A program made the position numbers and the translations under genes. Below the pieces are notes generated by a model. It was not told the DNA's origin, ran no database searches, and was given only the letters and a program-made list of their open reading frames with translations. This document shows positions 1 to 12,841 of a stretch of 64,000 nucleotides of DNA, in pieces. This DNA comes from Holosporales bacterium (GTDB lineage Bacteria > Pseudomonadota > Alphaproteobacteria > JAJTHO01), in assembly GCA_046318675.1 (NCBI GenBank), contig JBKCUA010000006.1, forward strand, positions 30,060 to 94,059, in the 5' to 3' direction. Position 1 is the first letter of the stretch, and each line of letters starts with the position of its first letter.

Positions 1-1
1 G

Positions 2-2152
2 AGCGCCGACGACTGGCAGTTCATCGTCACCGAATACAAGGCTAAAGTGGCCTCCATCCTCGGCAAACCCTTCCCTCAGGACGTTCATGAACAGCTGTGG
101 AGTGCCATTGAAGCGGTTTTTGCCAGTTGGATGAACCAGAGGGCCATTGTCTATCGTCAACTCCACGGTATCAGTGCCGATGGCGGCACCGCCGTCAATA
201 TTCAGGCCATGGTTTTCGGCAACCGGGGCGACGATTGTGCCACGGGTGTGGCCTTCACCCGCAACCCTTCCACCGGAGCAAAAGAGCTCTACGGCGAGTT
301 TCTCATCAACGCCCAGGGCGAAGACGTAGTGGCCGGTATTCGCACGCCCCAGCCTATGACGCGGTTAGCTGCTATTACTGCCAAATCTACGCTCCCCAGC
401 ATGGAAGACGCCATGCTGGAGGTATTCCAGCAGTTTGTCCAAGTGGCTGCAACACTGGAAAATCATTTCCGCGACATGCAGGACATTGAATTTACAGTAC
501 AGCACAACAAGCTATGGATGCTGCAAACCCGTAATGGCAAACGTACTACGGCAGCAGCACTTCGCATTGCCATTGCCATGGCCGAAGAAGGCCTTATCAG
601 CAAGGAGGAAGCTGTCCGCCGCATCAACCCGGCGAGCCTTGATCAACTGCTCCACCCCGGCCTTGATCCAAAAGCCCCCCGGCAACGCCTCACCAAAGCC
701 CTCCCCGCTAGCCCCGGCGCGGCCAGCGGCGCGGCAGTTTTCGATGCCGACACGGCCACCGACTGGGCCAAACGCGGCCAAGCCGTTATCCTAGTCCGCG
801 CAGAAACCAGCCCGGAAGATATCCACGGTATGCATGCCGCCAAGGGCATTCTCACCAGTCGGGGCGGGATGACCAGCCACGCCGCCGTGGTTGCCCGCGG
901 CATGGGCCGCCCCTGCGTTGTTGGTGCCACAGACCTCAAGATTGACAGCCAAAAACGGACTTTAACCCTCGGCAACACTATTTGCCGAGAGGGCGATAAA
1001 ATTACCTTAGACGGCTCTACCGGCGAAGTATTCCTCGGCGAAGTTCCCACCATTGAGCCAAAATTATCCGGCGATTTTGCCATATTGATGCAGTGGGCTG
1101 ATACCTGCCGCACCCTCAAAATCTTCACCAACGCCGAAACCCCCCACGATGCTCGCGTCGCCCGCCAGTTCGGTGCCGAAGGCATTGGCCTATGCCGTAC
1201 GGAACATATGTTCTTTCATGAGGATCGTATTCTTGCCGTGCGGATGATGATTTTTGCAAGGGAAGAAGGCCAGCGTCAAGCTGCCCTAGCCCTGCTTCTT
1301 CCCATGCAGCGGGATGATTTCACAGAGTTGTTCCGAATTATGGGTGAATTACCCGTGATGGTGCGCCTGCTTGATCCGCCGCTGCACGAATTTTTACCGC
1401 CCACCGATAAAGAATTAGAGGAGGTAGCCCGCGCCTGTTCTATCAGCCTCACCGAAGCCCGCCAGCGCACTGCTGAGTTGCACGAAACAAATCCGATGTT
1501 AGGGCATCGCGGCTGTCGCCTTGGCATCACCTACCCGGAAATCTACGCCATGCAAATCCGGGCGATTTTTGAGGCGCAACAAATTGTTCGCAAGGAAACC
1601 GGCCAGAACATCATCCCGCAAATCATGATCCCCCTCATTCACGGCAAGCCGGAAATGGTGCTGCTCGAAAAACAGGTAGCCCGCATTGCCGCCGATGTTG
1701 AAGCCGAACATCAAACAAAGCTGCCCTATATTTTGGGTACCATGATTGAGCTGCCCCGAGCTGCCCTCAAGGCCGGCGAGATTGCCGAACACGCTGAGTT
1801 TTTCAGCTTTGGCACCAACGATTTAACCCAAACTACCTTGGGTCTGTCCCGAGACGATGCCGCCAGCTTCCTTGGTACATACCAAGAGCTTGGCCTGCTG
1901 GAGCACGATCCTTTTGTCACCCTCGACATCGGCGGGGTGGGCGAGCTCATCAAAATAGCCTCTGAGCGTGGCCGCGCCACCCGCCCCGACATCAAGATTG
2001 GTATCTGCGGTGAGCACGGCGGCGATCCGGCCTCCATCGCCTTCTGCCAGCAGGTGGGCATGGATTACGTCTCGTGCAGCCCCTACCGCGTGCCTATTGC
2101 TAGGCTTGCGGCGGCCCAAGCGGCCTTGGCATTGAAAAAAGCCTCAGCATAA
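2..2152 (+). CDS. ppdK: pyruvate, phosphate dikinase, C-terminal ~716 aa (5' end lies upstream of the window)
   Basis: Frame is open from nt 2 with no stop before the listed ORF at 47. Phosphohistidine swivel motif GGMTSHAAVVARGMG. PEP-utilising barrel motifs GLCRTEHMF and FFSFGTNDLTQ. Confidence 0.93.
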   Translation, partial: SADDWQFIVTEYKAKVASILGKPFPQDVHEQLWSAIEAVFASWMNQRAIVYRQLHGISADGGTAVNIQAMVFGNRGDDCATGVAFTRNPSTGAKELYGEFLINAQGEDVVAGIRTPQPMTRLAAITAKSTLPSMEDAMLEVFQQFVQVAATLENHFRDMQDIEFTVQHNKLWMLQTRNGKRTTAAALRIAIAMAEEGLISKEEAVRRINPASLDQLLHPGLDPKAPRQRLTKALPASPGAASGAAVFDADTATDWAKRGQAVILVRAETSPEDIHGMHAAKGILTSRGGMTSHAAVVARGMGRPCVVGATDLKIDSQKRTLTLGNTICREGDKITLDGSTGEVFLGEVPTIEPKLSGDFAILMQWADTCRTLKIFTNAETPHDARVARQFGAEGIGLCRTEHMFFHEDRILAVRMMIFAREEGQRQAALALLLPMQRDDFTELFRIMGELPVMVRLLDPPLHEFLPPTDKELEEVARACSISLTEARQRTAELHETNPMLGHRGCRLGITYPEIYAMQIRAIFEAQQIVRKETGQNIIPQIMIPLIHGKPEMVLLEKQVARIAADVEAEHQTKLPYILGTMIELPRAALKAGEIAEHAEFFSFGTNDLTQTTLGLSRDDAASFLGTYQELGLLEHDPFVTLDIGGVGELIKIASERGRATRPDIKIGICGEHGGDPASIAFCQQVGMDYVSCSPYRVPIARLAAAQAALALKKASA

Positions 2153-2208
2153 ACCCCGTTGCTTTTCGCGCTAGGACTGATACACATGCGCCCCAGAAGG
2201 GTTGTGTT

Positions 2209-5538
<3,330 letters not shown>

Positions 5539-5542
<4 letters not shown>

Positions 5543-5661
5543 GCCTTGATCCCCATCTCCAACGGCAACGGCGCAAGAACTGGACAGTGCTGGCCATTCT
5601 TATCATCACTATTGCTTTAATCTACGGAATAAGCATTGTAAAACAACTGCCCCCGGCATAG
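5539..5661 (+). CDS. small single-TM membrane protein (40 aa) following ctaB
   Basis: ATGA overlap with the ctaB stop. Sequence MSLDPHLQRQRRKNWTVLAILIITIALIYGISIV has a basic N-terminus followed by one hydrophobic helix. A small ORF at this position is typical of alphaproteobacterial cta clusters. Confidence 0.45.
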
Positions 5662-5674
5662 GAGCCACGCATCC

Positions 5675-6088
5675 ATGCGCATCACCGACAACACCCCCGT
5701 CACCAAAACCCTTAGCCCCAGCGGCAAACCCAAGAGCAGCGGCGGCACCTTCAGCCTTGGCGGCGATACCAACGCACCCTCCTCTTCTTCCCCCTCCGTT
5801 GCTGCCGCCAGCCTTACCCCCATGGGCGCTATTCTAGCGATGCAGGAGGTCGGCGACGCGCTAGAATCCAAGCGCCGCGCCGTCCGCCGCGGTCACACCA
5901 TGCTGGACACGCTGGAGGCTCTGCGCCGGGATTTGCTCATAGGCGGCATCCCTAAAGACAGGCTCCTGAACCTAGAAAAAATGGTCAAAAACCAGAAAGA
6001 ACAGTGCAGCGATCCCCTGCTGCTGGAAGTGCTGGGGGATATTGAGCTGCGGGTGAAGGTGGAATTGGCGAAGCATTTGCGAGAATAG
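5675..6088 (+). CDS. fliX: FliX-like class II flagellar assembly regulator
   Basis: 137 aa. S/G/P-rich N-terminus followed by AILAMQEV...ESKRRAVRRGHTMLDTLEALRRDLL...DPLLLEVLGDIELRVKVELAKHL, which matches the FliX family pattern. Confidence 0.65.
   Translation: MRITDNTPVTKTLSPSGKPKSSGGTFSLGGDTNAPSSSSPSVAAASLTPMGAILAMQEVGDALESKRRAVRRGHTMLDTLEALRRDLLIGGIPKDRLLNLEKMVKNQKEQCSDPLLLEVLGDIELRVKVELAKHLRE
6059..6081 (+). repeat. left copy of a 23-bp perfect direct repeat (29 bp with 2 mismatches) inside the fliX 3' end
   Basis: gtggaattggcgaagcatttgcg recurs at 9876..9898. Confidence 0.9.
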
Positions 6089-6089
6089 C

Positions 6090-7772
6090 TTAGCGAACCA
6101 GCCGGGTATAAACAATCTTATCCAGCTGATTCAGCATAATATCCTTAAATTTCGCGGTACTAACACTAATATCAAATAATTCTTGATAGTGTTCCTCAGT
6201 GCTGGCGCAGCCCTTCAGTATCTCAACTTGATGGGGAAGTAATCTAGGATTGCTATTAACAACAAACACCGCAATACCTTCACCTTTGTACTGCACTTGC
6301 TTAATTTTAGTACAAGCGTCTTTAGTAACCTCAACCAGCTGGGACGCTTTAGGATGCTCAGAATACGCAGTAGCGTCCAGCAAGCTCAGCGCAACCTGCA
6401 CCTTGTCCGGATTAACTTGATCGACAAAGCCGGCGGCGAATAAACTAATAATTTTTTTGCGCTCATCATCGATAGCAACCTTACCCCCAGGTTGGCCAAA
6501 ATTTGGGTGAACGCCTTTACCCGACCATGATTTGTAATCAGGTAACGCACTATACCCTGTCCAGACCCCATCCCACTTTGGAGAGACAAGACGATGACAC
6601 CATGCAAGCCCTTCAACAAAAATAGGTTTCTGATCGAATTGAATGGGACTACCACCCACAGAACTGATATCAACATTCCACATCTTGACAGGCTGCATGT
6701 CAGGTAACTGGCCGTAAAGTGCATCTCCAGGACGCATTAACGGAAGTGCCGGCGGCAGGCAGAACATATGCCCACTGGAACAACCTGTTTCAAAAAAAGT
6801 TATCATTGGCGTAAATCTTTCAACCTGAGGTGAAGCATCATTGCTATAATTATCAGATAGAAGACGTTCTTTGGTACACCCGATTGATTTTCCTTTATCT
6901 ATACCGAATTTTCCCTGTTGATACAACGTCAAAAAGTCTTCCCAACACCCAGGACTTGCACCCTTCCAACACCCAGGCGCGCTGAGACAATTCGGTGAAC
7001 AAGAAGGGGGCACACAACCATTACAACTGGCGGCGAAAGTGTCATATTTCCGGTCAATGTAAATTGGCCCTTTCGTCATCTCATCCTCATGGCTCAGGCC
7101 ATCACTGCGCGGGGACATTATCGCATCCATGTTATACACGCCGACGTTCACACTATTGCCATATGGTGCAACAGCATAAGAAATCTTTTTTTTGTAGGTA
7201 TTGTTTTTATTAATGTTGTTTATCCAGGCAATCAACTCTCGGACGATGTCACCAGAGTTGCCGCGTACCGCGCTGTTGGACGACCCCAGAAAAGCAGAAT
7301 TTGTCGGATTTGTTGCAAGCTCCGTGCTTAAATCAATACCAACGCACCAATCAACATCGGGAAACACCAGTTCAGCGGTCGCCTCCGCGTTTACCTGCCC
7401 GGCAAGCGGCTTAGTTATATTTGCATTAGGGGTGGTGGTACCACCAAGGCGCACCTGCACTCTCAGAGTGCCCCAATCAACATTCGTCGCAATACTGACA
7501 TTCCCTGTATTGGTGCCATCTTTAACAAAATTAGCGTTCACATAGTCCGTTACTTTTTGCTCGATAACAGCAGTGTTTTCACTCTCAAGATTACGAAACA
7601 TCTCCCGCGCACCCGCCAAGGCAGCAGCGTCGGCGTTTTGCTGCAAGGAAGAAGCATTCCTTGCCGTAGACGCCAGTTGCAACCCACCAAAAGCAAAGAA
7701 CGCAAGCACAGCCAACGCCAGTGCCATCATAATGATAATGCTGCCACTATTGTTACGTCTTAAATTTTTCAT
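6090..7772 (-). CDS. TadG-like Flp-pilus assembly protein with a Cys-rich C-terminal region
   Basis: N-terminus RRNNSGSIIIMMALALAVLAFFAFGGLQLASTARNASSLQQNADAAALAGA is the TadE/G-like pseudopilin prefix. A degenerate vWA/MIDAS-like GIDLSTE follows. The segment is AT-rich by eye. Confidence 0.72.
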   Translation of the reverse strand: MKNLRRNNSGSIIIMMALALAVLAFFAFGGLQLASTARNASSLQQNADAAALAGAREMFRNLESENTAVIEQKVTDYVNANFVKDGTNTGNVSIATNVDWGTLRVQVRLGGTTTPNANITKPLAGQVNAEATAELVFPDVDWCVGIDLSTELATNPTNSAFLGSSNSAVRGNSGDIVRELIAWINNINKNNTYKKKISYAVAPYGNSVNVGVYNMDAIMSPRSDGLSHEDEMTKGPIYIDRKYDTFAASCNGCVPPSCSPNCLSAPGCWKGASPGCWEDFLTLYQQGKFGIDKGKSIGCTKERLLSDNYSNDASPQVERFTPMITFFETGCSSGHMFCLPPALPLMRPGDALYGQLPDMQPVKMWNVDISSVGGSPIQFDQKPIFVEGLAWCHRLVSPKWDGVWTGYSALPDYKSWSGKGVHPNFGQPGGKVAIDDERKKIISLFAAGFVDQVNPDKVQVALSLLDATAYSEHPKASQLVEVTKDACTKIKQVQYKGEGIAVFVVNSNPRLLPHQVEILKGCASTEEHYQELFDISVSTAKFKDIMLNQLDKIVYTRLVR

Positions 7773-8476
7773 GGCACGCGTTCCTTAACATCGTTTTTAT
7801 AAAATTCAAATCGTGCCGCTTTTATATCATCGTAAAAAGCCGTATCATTCTGCATCATACCAAGCAGCACAAACGCAAGATCACGCCCACCGTTGACATC
7901 GTCTTGATAATGAAGACCAGCAATCCGGCGGCGGGCGGCAATAGCAGATGCCTGCGCAAAAGCGGGGCGCCGCCATTCAGGATTGACCATCCCTAAAACA
8001 GCGGCAAGGGCAAAGCATACCGCGCCATGCGCCGCAGGAAATGAACTTTTCTCAGGTGGGACGCTGTTTTTTGGCGAGGCCAGATCCTTTATGAGATCAT
8101 TTTGTTCAAATGGCCGCTGTTGCGGCCAGAACTGCCGTGCGCCACTTATACCGGCAGCGGCTGTTGCCCATGTTCGCTCTAACACATGCAGCAACGCTTT
8201 ATTTTCAGGTGCGTTAAGCGCAATATTGAGCTGGTCTGTCATCAACTCAATGCGAACCGCATCCTCACGGCGCAGCTGTTCCAACGCCGCCAGAGACAGC
8301 CCAGCCTGAGCGGCTATAATAGCCTTTTCATCTGTTACGCGTGTTTTGGAATCGACGCTCCCCGCCAAAACACCATACAACGGCGTGCGTACCAACGTGT
8401 ACGGCTCAACAGCAACCGCGCAATCACCAGCCGAGAGGAAAAAAGCAACAAACATCGATGTTAGGATAGCGCGCAC
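7769..8476 (-). CDS. PAP2 / class A acid phosphatase-like protein with variant catalytic motifs
   Basis: Signal peptide. RQFWPQQRP (K/RX6RP), SFPAAHG (in place of PSGH) and RRRIAGLHYQDD (RX5HX3D). ATGA overlap with the downstream TadG-like gene. Confidence 0.55.
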   Translation of the reverse strand: MRAILTSMFVAFFLSAGDCAVAVEPYTLVRTPLYGVLAGSVDSKTRVTDEKAIIAAQAGLSLAALEQLRREDAVRIELMTDQLNIALNAPENKALLHVLERTWATAAAGISGARQFWPQQRPFEQNDLIKDLASPKNSVPPEKSSFPAAHGAVCFALAAVLGMVNPEWRRPAFAQASAIAARRRIAGLHYQDDVNGGRDLAFVLLGMMQNDTAFYDDIKAARFEFYKNDVKERVP

Positions 8477-8651
8477 ACTCTAACTTATCATAAAGGACTA
8501 AGCCCCGTCAATTACCGCCCAAAATCTACGTTTTGCATTAACCCTATATCATAGGCTCCCTGCAATAGTTAACTAGTTTTTAAAAATTTGATGTAAGCCT
8601 CAATAAGTTCTTTTAACTTACTCAAAATAACCACGATAAGGAAAAGTTATA

Positions 8652-9215
8652 ATGAAAAATACGAAAACAATCCTAGAGCAGGGAGCGCGATGTCGTCGCG
8701 GCGTGACGGTACTAGAATTTGCCCTGGTGGCACCATTTTTCTTTGTTTTATTAATTGGATCTATAGAAATAGCTGTCATTATTGTAAAAAATGTCCTCGC
8801 AGAAAATGCGATGCAAGTTGCCAGTCGCAACGCTATTCTGAACGCTGAAAATGCCAGCAACGGTAAGATAAGCGACCTTATCAATAAAAATACGTTGCAT
8901 CTCATTGATGATATCCAGGTAGTTAATTCGGGCTGCAACGATTCTGAGGAGCGCAATTGTCTGTGCATCGTTGCTTTTGCCAACGCTACCGCGCTTATGA
9001 ATATACAAACTGAAGCGGCTACACAATGCCCCACTGGAGATGGTACACTAACGACTGCACCGGATGCGCTAGTACTGTACCAATTACGCTATCGCCATAA
9101 TTTCTTTTCACCGCTGGGGGCATTATTGCAATTGATCGGCGATAAAGAGTCCGATTTTTCTAAAGGTCGGCTTGATTTTTTCACCAATACCATTGTCAAA
9201 AATGAACCATTTTGA
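8652..9215 (+). CDS. TadE-like pseudopilin
   Basis: N-terminus RRGVTVLEFALVAPFFFVLLIGSIEIAV matches the TadE-like domain signature. Confidence 0.75.
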   Translation: MKNTKTILEQGARCRRGVTVLEFALVAPFFFVLLIGSIEIAVIIVKNVLAENAMQVASRNAILNAENASNGKISDLINKNTLHLIDDIQVVNSGCNDSEERNCLCIVAFANATALMNIQTEAATQCPTGDGTLTTAPDALVLYQLRYRHNFFSPLGALLQLIGDKESDFSKGRLDFFTNTIVKNEPF

Positions 9216-9221
9216 GGTTTT

Positions 9222-9860
9222 ATGCTGCTTATAATAAGGCGTTTTCAAAAAGATAAATCTGGAACTCAAATGATTGAGTTTGTCATGATTGCGCCCATTT
9301 TGATAATCTTGATACTGGGGACTATTGAAATCGGTCGATATATTTTAATACACCAAAAAGTTAGCAGAACTGCCTACACGCTGGGCAATTTAGTGACGCA
9401 ATTGGATCCGCTGTCGCGCCAAGATGTCTCAGACATGTTCACCATTGCCAACAACACACTGTCCCCATTTGACATCACACCAAATCAATTAATCCAGCGC
9501 TCCGTTTTTTATATCACCGCCGTCAATTATCCCAGTGGGGGCACTGGCGCAACGCGTCAATGGAGCTGTTCTTTAGGCGACTCCACGCTGGTAGCAAATC
9601 CAGGGCAAAACATCATTTCAGGCAAGGCATTGACGCTACAGCCAAAAGAGGGGGCCTATTCGGTGGAAGTTGTGTACAATTACACTCCGATTTTTGTACC
9701 GTCCCAATACAATGGCTACTTTCGTGATACGCAATTGCTGGCCATCCGCTCTAGCACCGTTATCCGTCCACGGCGTAGCAGTTTAACGCCAGCGTGGACA
9801 TTATTTCAAACAACGCCGCTGCCACGAGGGTTTGCACCTGGAGTGCATTGCTCTAATTAA
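9222..9860 (+). CDS. TadE/TadF-like pseudopilin
   Basis: N-terminus DKSGTQMIEFVMIAPILIILILGTIEIGRY. It follows the TadE-like gene after a 6-nt gap. Confidence 0.7.
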   Translation: MLLIIRRFQKDKSGTQMIEFVMIAPILIILILGTIEIGRYILIHQKVSRTAYTLGNLVTQLDPLSRQDVSDMFTIANNTLSPFDITPNQLIQRSVFYITAVNYPSGGTGATRQWSCSLGDSTLVANPGQNIISGKALTLQPKEGAYSVEVVYNYTPIFVPSQYNGYFRDTQLLAIRSSTVIRPRRSSLTPAWTLFQTTPLPRGFAPGVHCSN

Positions 9861-9875
9861 AAACTAACTGTAAAA

Positions 9876-9898
9876 GTGGAATTGGCGAAGCATTTGCG
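9876..9898 (+). repeat. right copy of the 23-bp direct repeat (duplicated fliX terminus)
   Basis: In context, gta aaa gtg gaa ttg gcg aag cat ttg cgg ggg taa reads VKVELAKHLRG-stop. The fliX terminus reads VKVELAKHLRE-stop. Confidence 0.9.
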
Positions 9899-9991
9899 GG
9901 GGTAAAGAATGATCTCCATCAACATAAATAAGAAAAACAAAAAATAATTTGATAGTTTTTTATTAATATAGTACATAGATGACAGGGGGAA

Positions 9992-10780
9992 GTGCCCATG
10001 CCATCAGCCAAGAACCTTGAAAAAATCTATTTCTATTGTTCCTTGTCGAGTGTTCTTGGGCTTATTGCCATGCTGATCGTGAGCCAGATTCCCCTCAACG
10101 TCCGCATTGGCGGCTGCCTGTTGATCGCTTTGTGGGTCATCAAGAACTACCCTGCTATGAGCAGCCACCTCAACGCCCTAGGCTGGTCAGCAGGGCGCGC
10201 CATTTCCGGCCTCAACATCGCCGCCTGCCTCGTCATGGGCGGAGCCGCCGCCCACGATCTCATTGCCCTGCCCGAAGCCTCCGCCGCCCTGCAGTGCAAG
10301 CTGGCGGCCAATATTCTATGGCTGAGCATCGCCGTCAGCGCGAAACACGAACACCTCCTAAACACCTCCGCCGCCTTGGTTTTCCTCATCATGACCGTGC
10401 TCCTCCACGATCCGTTGCTGGTCTATATCGGCGTCACCGGGTTAATGACGGCCGTCTTGGGTTGGGCGACAACCTCTCTACAAAATAAACCGGCTCAAAT
10501 CCGTGTTCTTGGCCAAAGCCGCCAGATTCTCCTCCACCATGGCCACGGTGACGGTGATGGTCTCCCCTTTACGTTCCGAGGCATCAAAGCTAACGGTATC
10601 CAGCAGGCGTTCGAGCACGGTGTGCAGGCGCCGCGCGCCGATGTTCTCCACCGTCTCGTTCAGATGCGCCGCCAGGTGGGCGAGGCGATCCACCGCCGCC
10701 TCATCAAAGCGCAGGGTCACGCCTTCGGTGCCCAGCAACGCCTCATACTGGCGCAGCAGCGAGGCATGGGGTTCGGTTAA
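9992..10780 (+). CDS. hypothetical polytopic membrane protein (3' end uncertain)
   Basis: About 160 aa of hydrophobic helices in a normal-GC segment. The ORF then runs about 300 nt antisense into hslU with non-protein-like composition. Confidence 0.4.
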   Translation: MPMPSAKNLEKIYFYCSLSSVLGLIAMLIVSQIPLNVRIGGCLLIALWVIKNYPAMSSHLNALGWSAGRAISGLNIAACLVMGGAAAHDLIALPEASAALQCKLAANILWLSIAVSAKHEHLLNTSAALVFLIMTVLLHDPLLVYIGVTGLMTAVLGWATTSLQNKPAQIRVLGQSRQILLHHGHGDGDGLPFTFRGIKANGIQQAFEHGVQAPRADVLHRLVQMRRQVGEAIHRRLIKAQGHAFGAQQRLILAQQRGMGFG

Positions 10781-11794
10781 AATCCTTCGAAAATCAGCGG
10801 CAGCAAGAGGCTTTAACTCAACCCGAATGGGCAGGCGTCCCTGCAACTCCGGCAGCATATCCGACGGCTTGGCCATGTGAAACGCACCAGAACAGATGAA
10901 CAAGATGTGGTCGGTCTTAATCGCCCCATGCTTGGTGGCCACGGTGGTGCCTTCAATAAGGGGCAGAAGGTCACGCTGAACCCCTTCCCGGCTGACGTCG
11001 CCGCCGCCGTGATAATCGCTGCGGGCGCAGATTTTATCGATCTCATCAATAAAGACGATGCCGTTTTCTTGGACACTATGCAGGGCGTTATTGATAATGG
11101 TGTCGTTATCCAAAAGCTTTTCGGTCTCATCCGCAATAAGGGCGTCGAGGGCTTCGGGCACGGGCAGCTTGCGCCGCTTGGTTTTCTGCATCCCCATGGC
11201 TTTACCGAACATCTCACCGACGTTGATCATCCCCATTTGTGCCCCCGGCATTCCGGGAATATCAAAGGTGGGAAAGCCCGAACCGCTGGCATCGGCGACG
11301 TCAATTTCCACCTCGCGCTCATCAAGCTTGCCGGCATGGAGCATATCCTTGAACCGGGCCTTGGTCTCCTCACTGGCATCCTCGCCCACCAGAGCCACAA
11401 TCAGGCGATCCTCGGCGGTCTGGCCAGCGGCTTTTTCCACGTCCTTGCGGCTGGCCTCCCGCGCCAAATGGATGGCGTTTTCCACCAGATCACGAATGAT
11501 GGAATCCACGTCCCGGCCGACATAGCCGACTTCAGTAAATTTGGTGGCCTCAACTTTGAGGAACGGTGCCCCGGCCAGCTTGGCGAGACGACGAGAAATC
11601 TCGGTTTTTCCCACCCCCGTGGGGCCAATCATAAGGATGTTTTTGGGCAGAACTTCCTCGCGCAAGTCGGCCTCCAGCTGCAGGCGGCGCCAGCGATTGC
11701 GTAAGGCGACGGCGACGGCGCGCTTGGCGTCTTTCTGGCCGATGATGTGGCGGTCAAGCTCGGCAACGATGGCTTGAGGCGTAAGGTTTTCCAT
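10478..11794 (-). CDS. hslU: ATP-dependent protease ATPase subunit HslU
   Basis: Start trimmed to [37 protein letters not shown]. Walker A is [10 protein letters not shown]. 438 aa. Confidence 0.95.
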   Translation of the reverse strand: MENLTPQAIVAELDRHIIGQKDAKRAVAVALRNRWRRLQLEADLREEVLPKNILMIGPTGVGKTEISRRLAKLAGAPFLKVEATKFTEVGYVGRDVDSIIRDLVENAIHLAREASRKDVEKAAGQTAEDRLIVALVGEDASEETKARFKDMLHAGKLDEREVEIDVADASGSGFPTFDIPGMPGAQMGMINVGEMFGKAMGMQKTKRRKLPVPEALDALIADETEKLLDNDTIINNALHSVQENGIVFIDEIDKICARSDYHGGGDVSREGVQRDLLPLIEGTTVATKHGAIKTDHILFICSGAFHMAKPSDMLPELQGRLPIRVELKPLAAADFRRILTEPHASLLRQYEALLGTEGVTLRFDEAAVDRLAHLAAHLNETVENIGARRLHTVLERLLDTVSFDASERKGETITVTVAMVEENLAALAKNTDLSRFIL

Positions 11795-11798
11795 AGGT

Positions 11799-12317
11799 TT
11801 AGAGCTTTTCCAGAACAACAGTGTGGTTGGTATAAACGCAAATATCGGCGGCAATGTCGAGGGCGCGCTGGGCAATGGTTTCGGCATCCAGACGCTCATC
11901 GGGGTACAAGGCGCGGGCGGCAGCCAGGGCGTAGTTACCGCCACTGCCAATGGCAATGACGCCCTCTTCGGGTTCAACCACGTCGCCGGTGCCGCTGAGC
12001 AGCAGGGTATCCTTGGCGTCGGAAACGATCATCATCGCCTCCAGCCGCCGCAAGTAGCGATCCGTGCGCCAGTCCTTGGCCAGCTCGACACAGGCGCGCA
12101 TCAACTGCCCCTGATATTTTTCCAGCTTGCCTTCCAGGCGATCAAACAACGTAAAGGCATCGGCAGTGGCACCGGCAAACCCGGCAATTACCTTGCCATC
12201 GGCCAGGCGGCGGACTTTTTTGGCGTTGGTTTTGAGCACCGTCGGCCCCTGGCTGACCTGACCGTCACCGGCGAGGACAACCGCGCCGTTTTTACGAACA
12301 GCAACAATCGTGGTCAT
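11799..12317 (-). CDS. hslV: ATP-dependent protease subunit HslV
   Basis: [11 protein letters not shown]... with the N-terminal Thr nucleophile. Lies directly upstream of hslU. Confidence 0.95.
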   Translation of the reverse strand: MTTIVAVRKNGAVVLAGDGQVSQGPTVLKTNAKKVRRLADGKVIAGFAGATADAFTLFDRLEGKLEKYQGQLMRACVELAKDWRTDRYLRRLEAMMIVSDAKDTLLLSGTGDVVEPEEGVIAIGSGGNYALAAARALYPDERLDAETIAQRALDIAADICVYTNHTVVLEKL

Positions 12318-12841
12318 GGGATGTTATATGGGGCATCCGAAGGATAAGAACAAGAGGGTGCGCAGAAAATAAGTATTTTATTAAAATTTTATGTATTGAA
12401 CCAAGCCTTCCCCGCCGCGCAAGGGGCGGGGGGAAGGGGGGATCAATGCCCGCGGTTAGCGAAGAACCGGGGCTCCCGTTGTTTGAATGAACCTGCTTTC
12501 CCTAAAGGAAGCTTTTTTACTGCCTGCAATCACAAGGGGGAGGGAGAACCTTTTTCCCTCCCGAATCTTGCGTCTCACTTACAAAAGGTGCCTTCCTGGA
12601 AGGGCTTTTGAAAGCCTGTCCACCGCCCCCGATTTTTTCTTCCCCGTTGTCTTGGTTGGAAGGAAGAAAAAGCGAAGAGCGGTAAAGCACCGGTGCCTGG
12701 CCAGGTCTTTGATGCTGATGATCACTGTATCAACAGGATAGATCAAAGTCAAGACGTCGGCTGCGCTTTTTTTATTTACCTGTCAATAGTTTTTTTATGT
12801 ACTTTATATTAAAAAAATTTTATCAAAAGTGATGACAATCA

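Noticed and set aside
10877-11704. 275-aa plus-strand ORF, plus other long ORFs overlapping hslU, der (18141..18839), the kinase (27424..28287) and ctaB (4960..5538)
   Set aside because: All lie inside strongly supported genes in alternative frames or strands. Only the last 123 nt of the 4960..5661 ORF were kept, as a separate small gene.
11795-11977. N-terminal extensions of track ORFs (hslU, sucA, dapD, HIT, ctaE, gap, tkt, AsmA, amidase, NDUFS4-like)
   Set aside because: Family-typical N-termini begin at internal Met/Val codons. The extensions overlap neighbouring genes or the tRNA and look non-protein-like, so starts were trimmed.
12640-12720. Possible SRP (4.5S) RNA, from GGAAGGAAG and CCAGGTC strings
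   Set aside because: The motif order and spacing do not match the conserved domain IV helix (CCAGGUC...GGAA...GGAAGCAGCC). No tmRNA tag or T-arm, RNase P core (GGAAAGTCCGGGC) or 6S-like structure was found either. The region is left as unassigned structured DNA.
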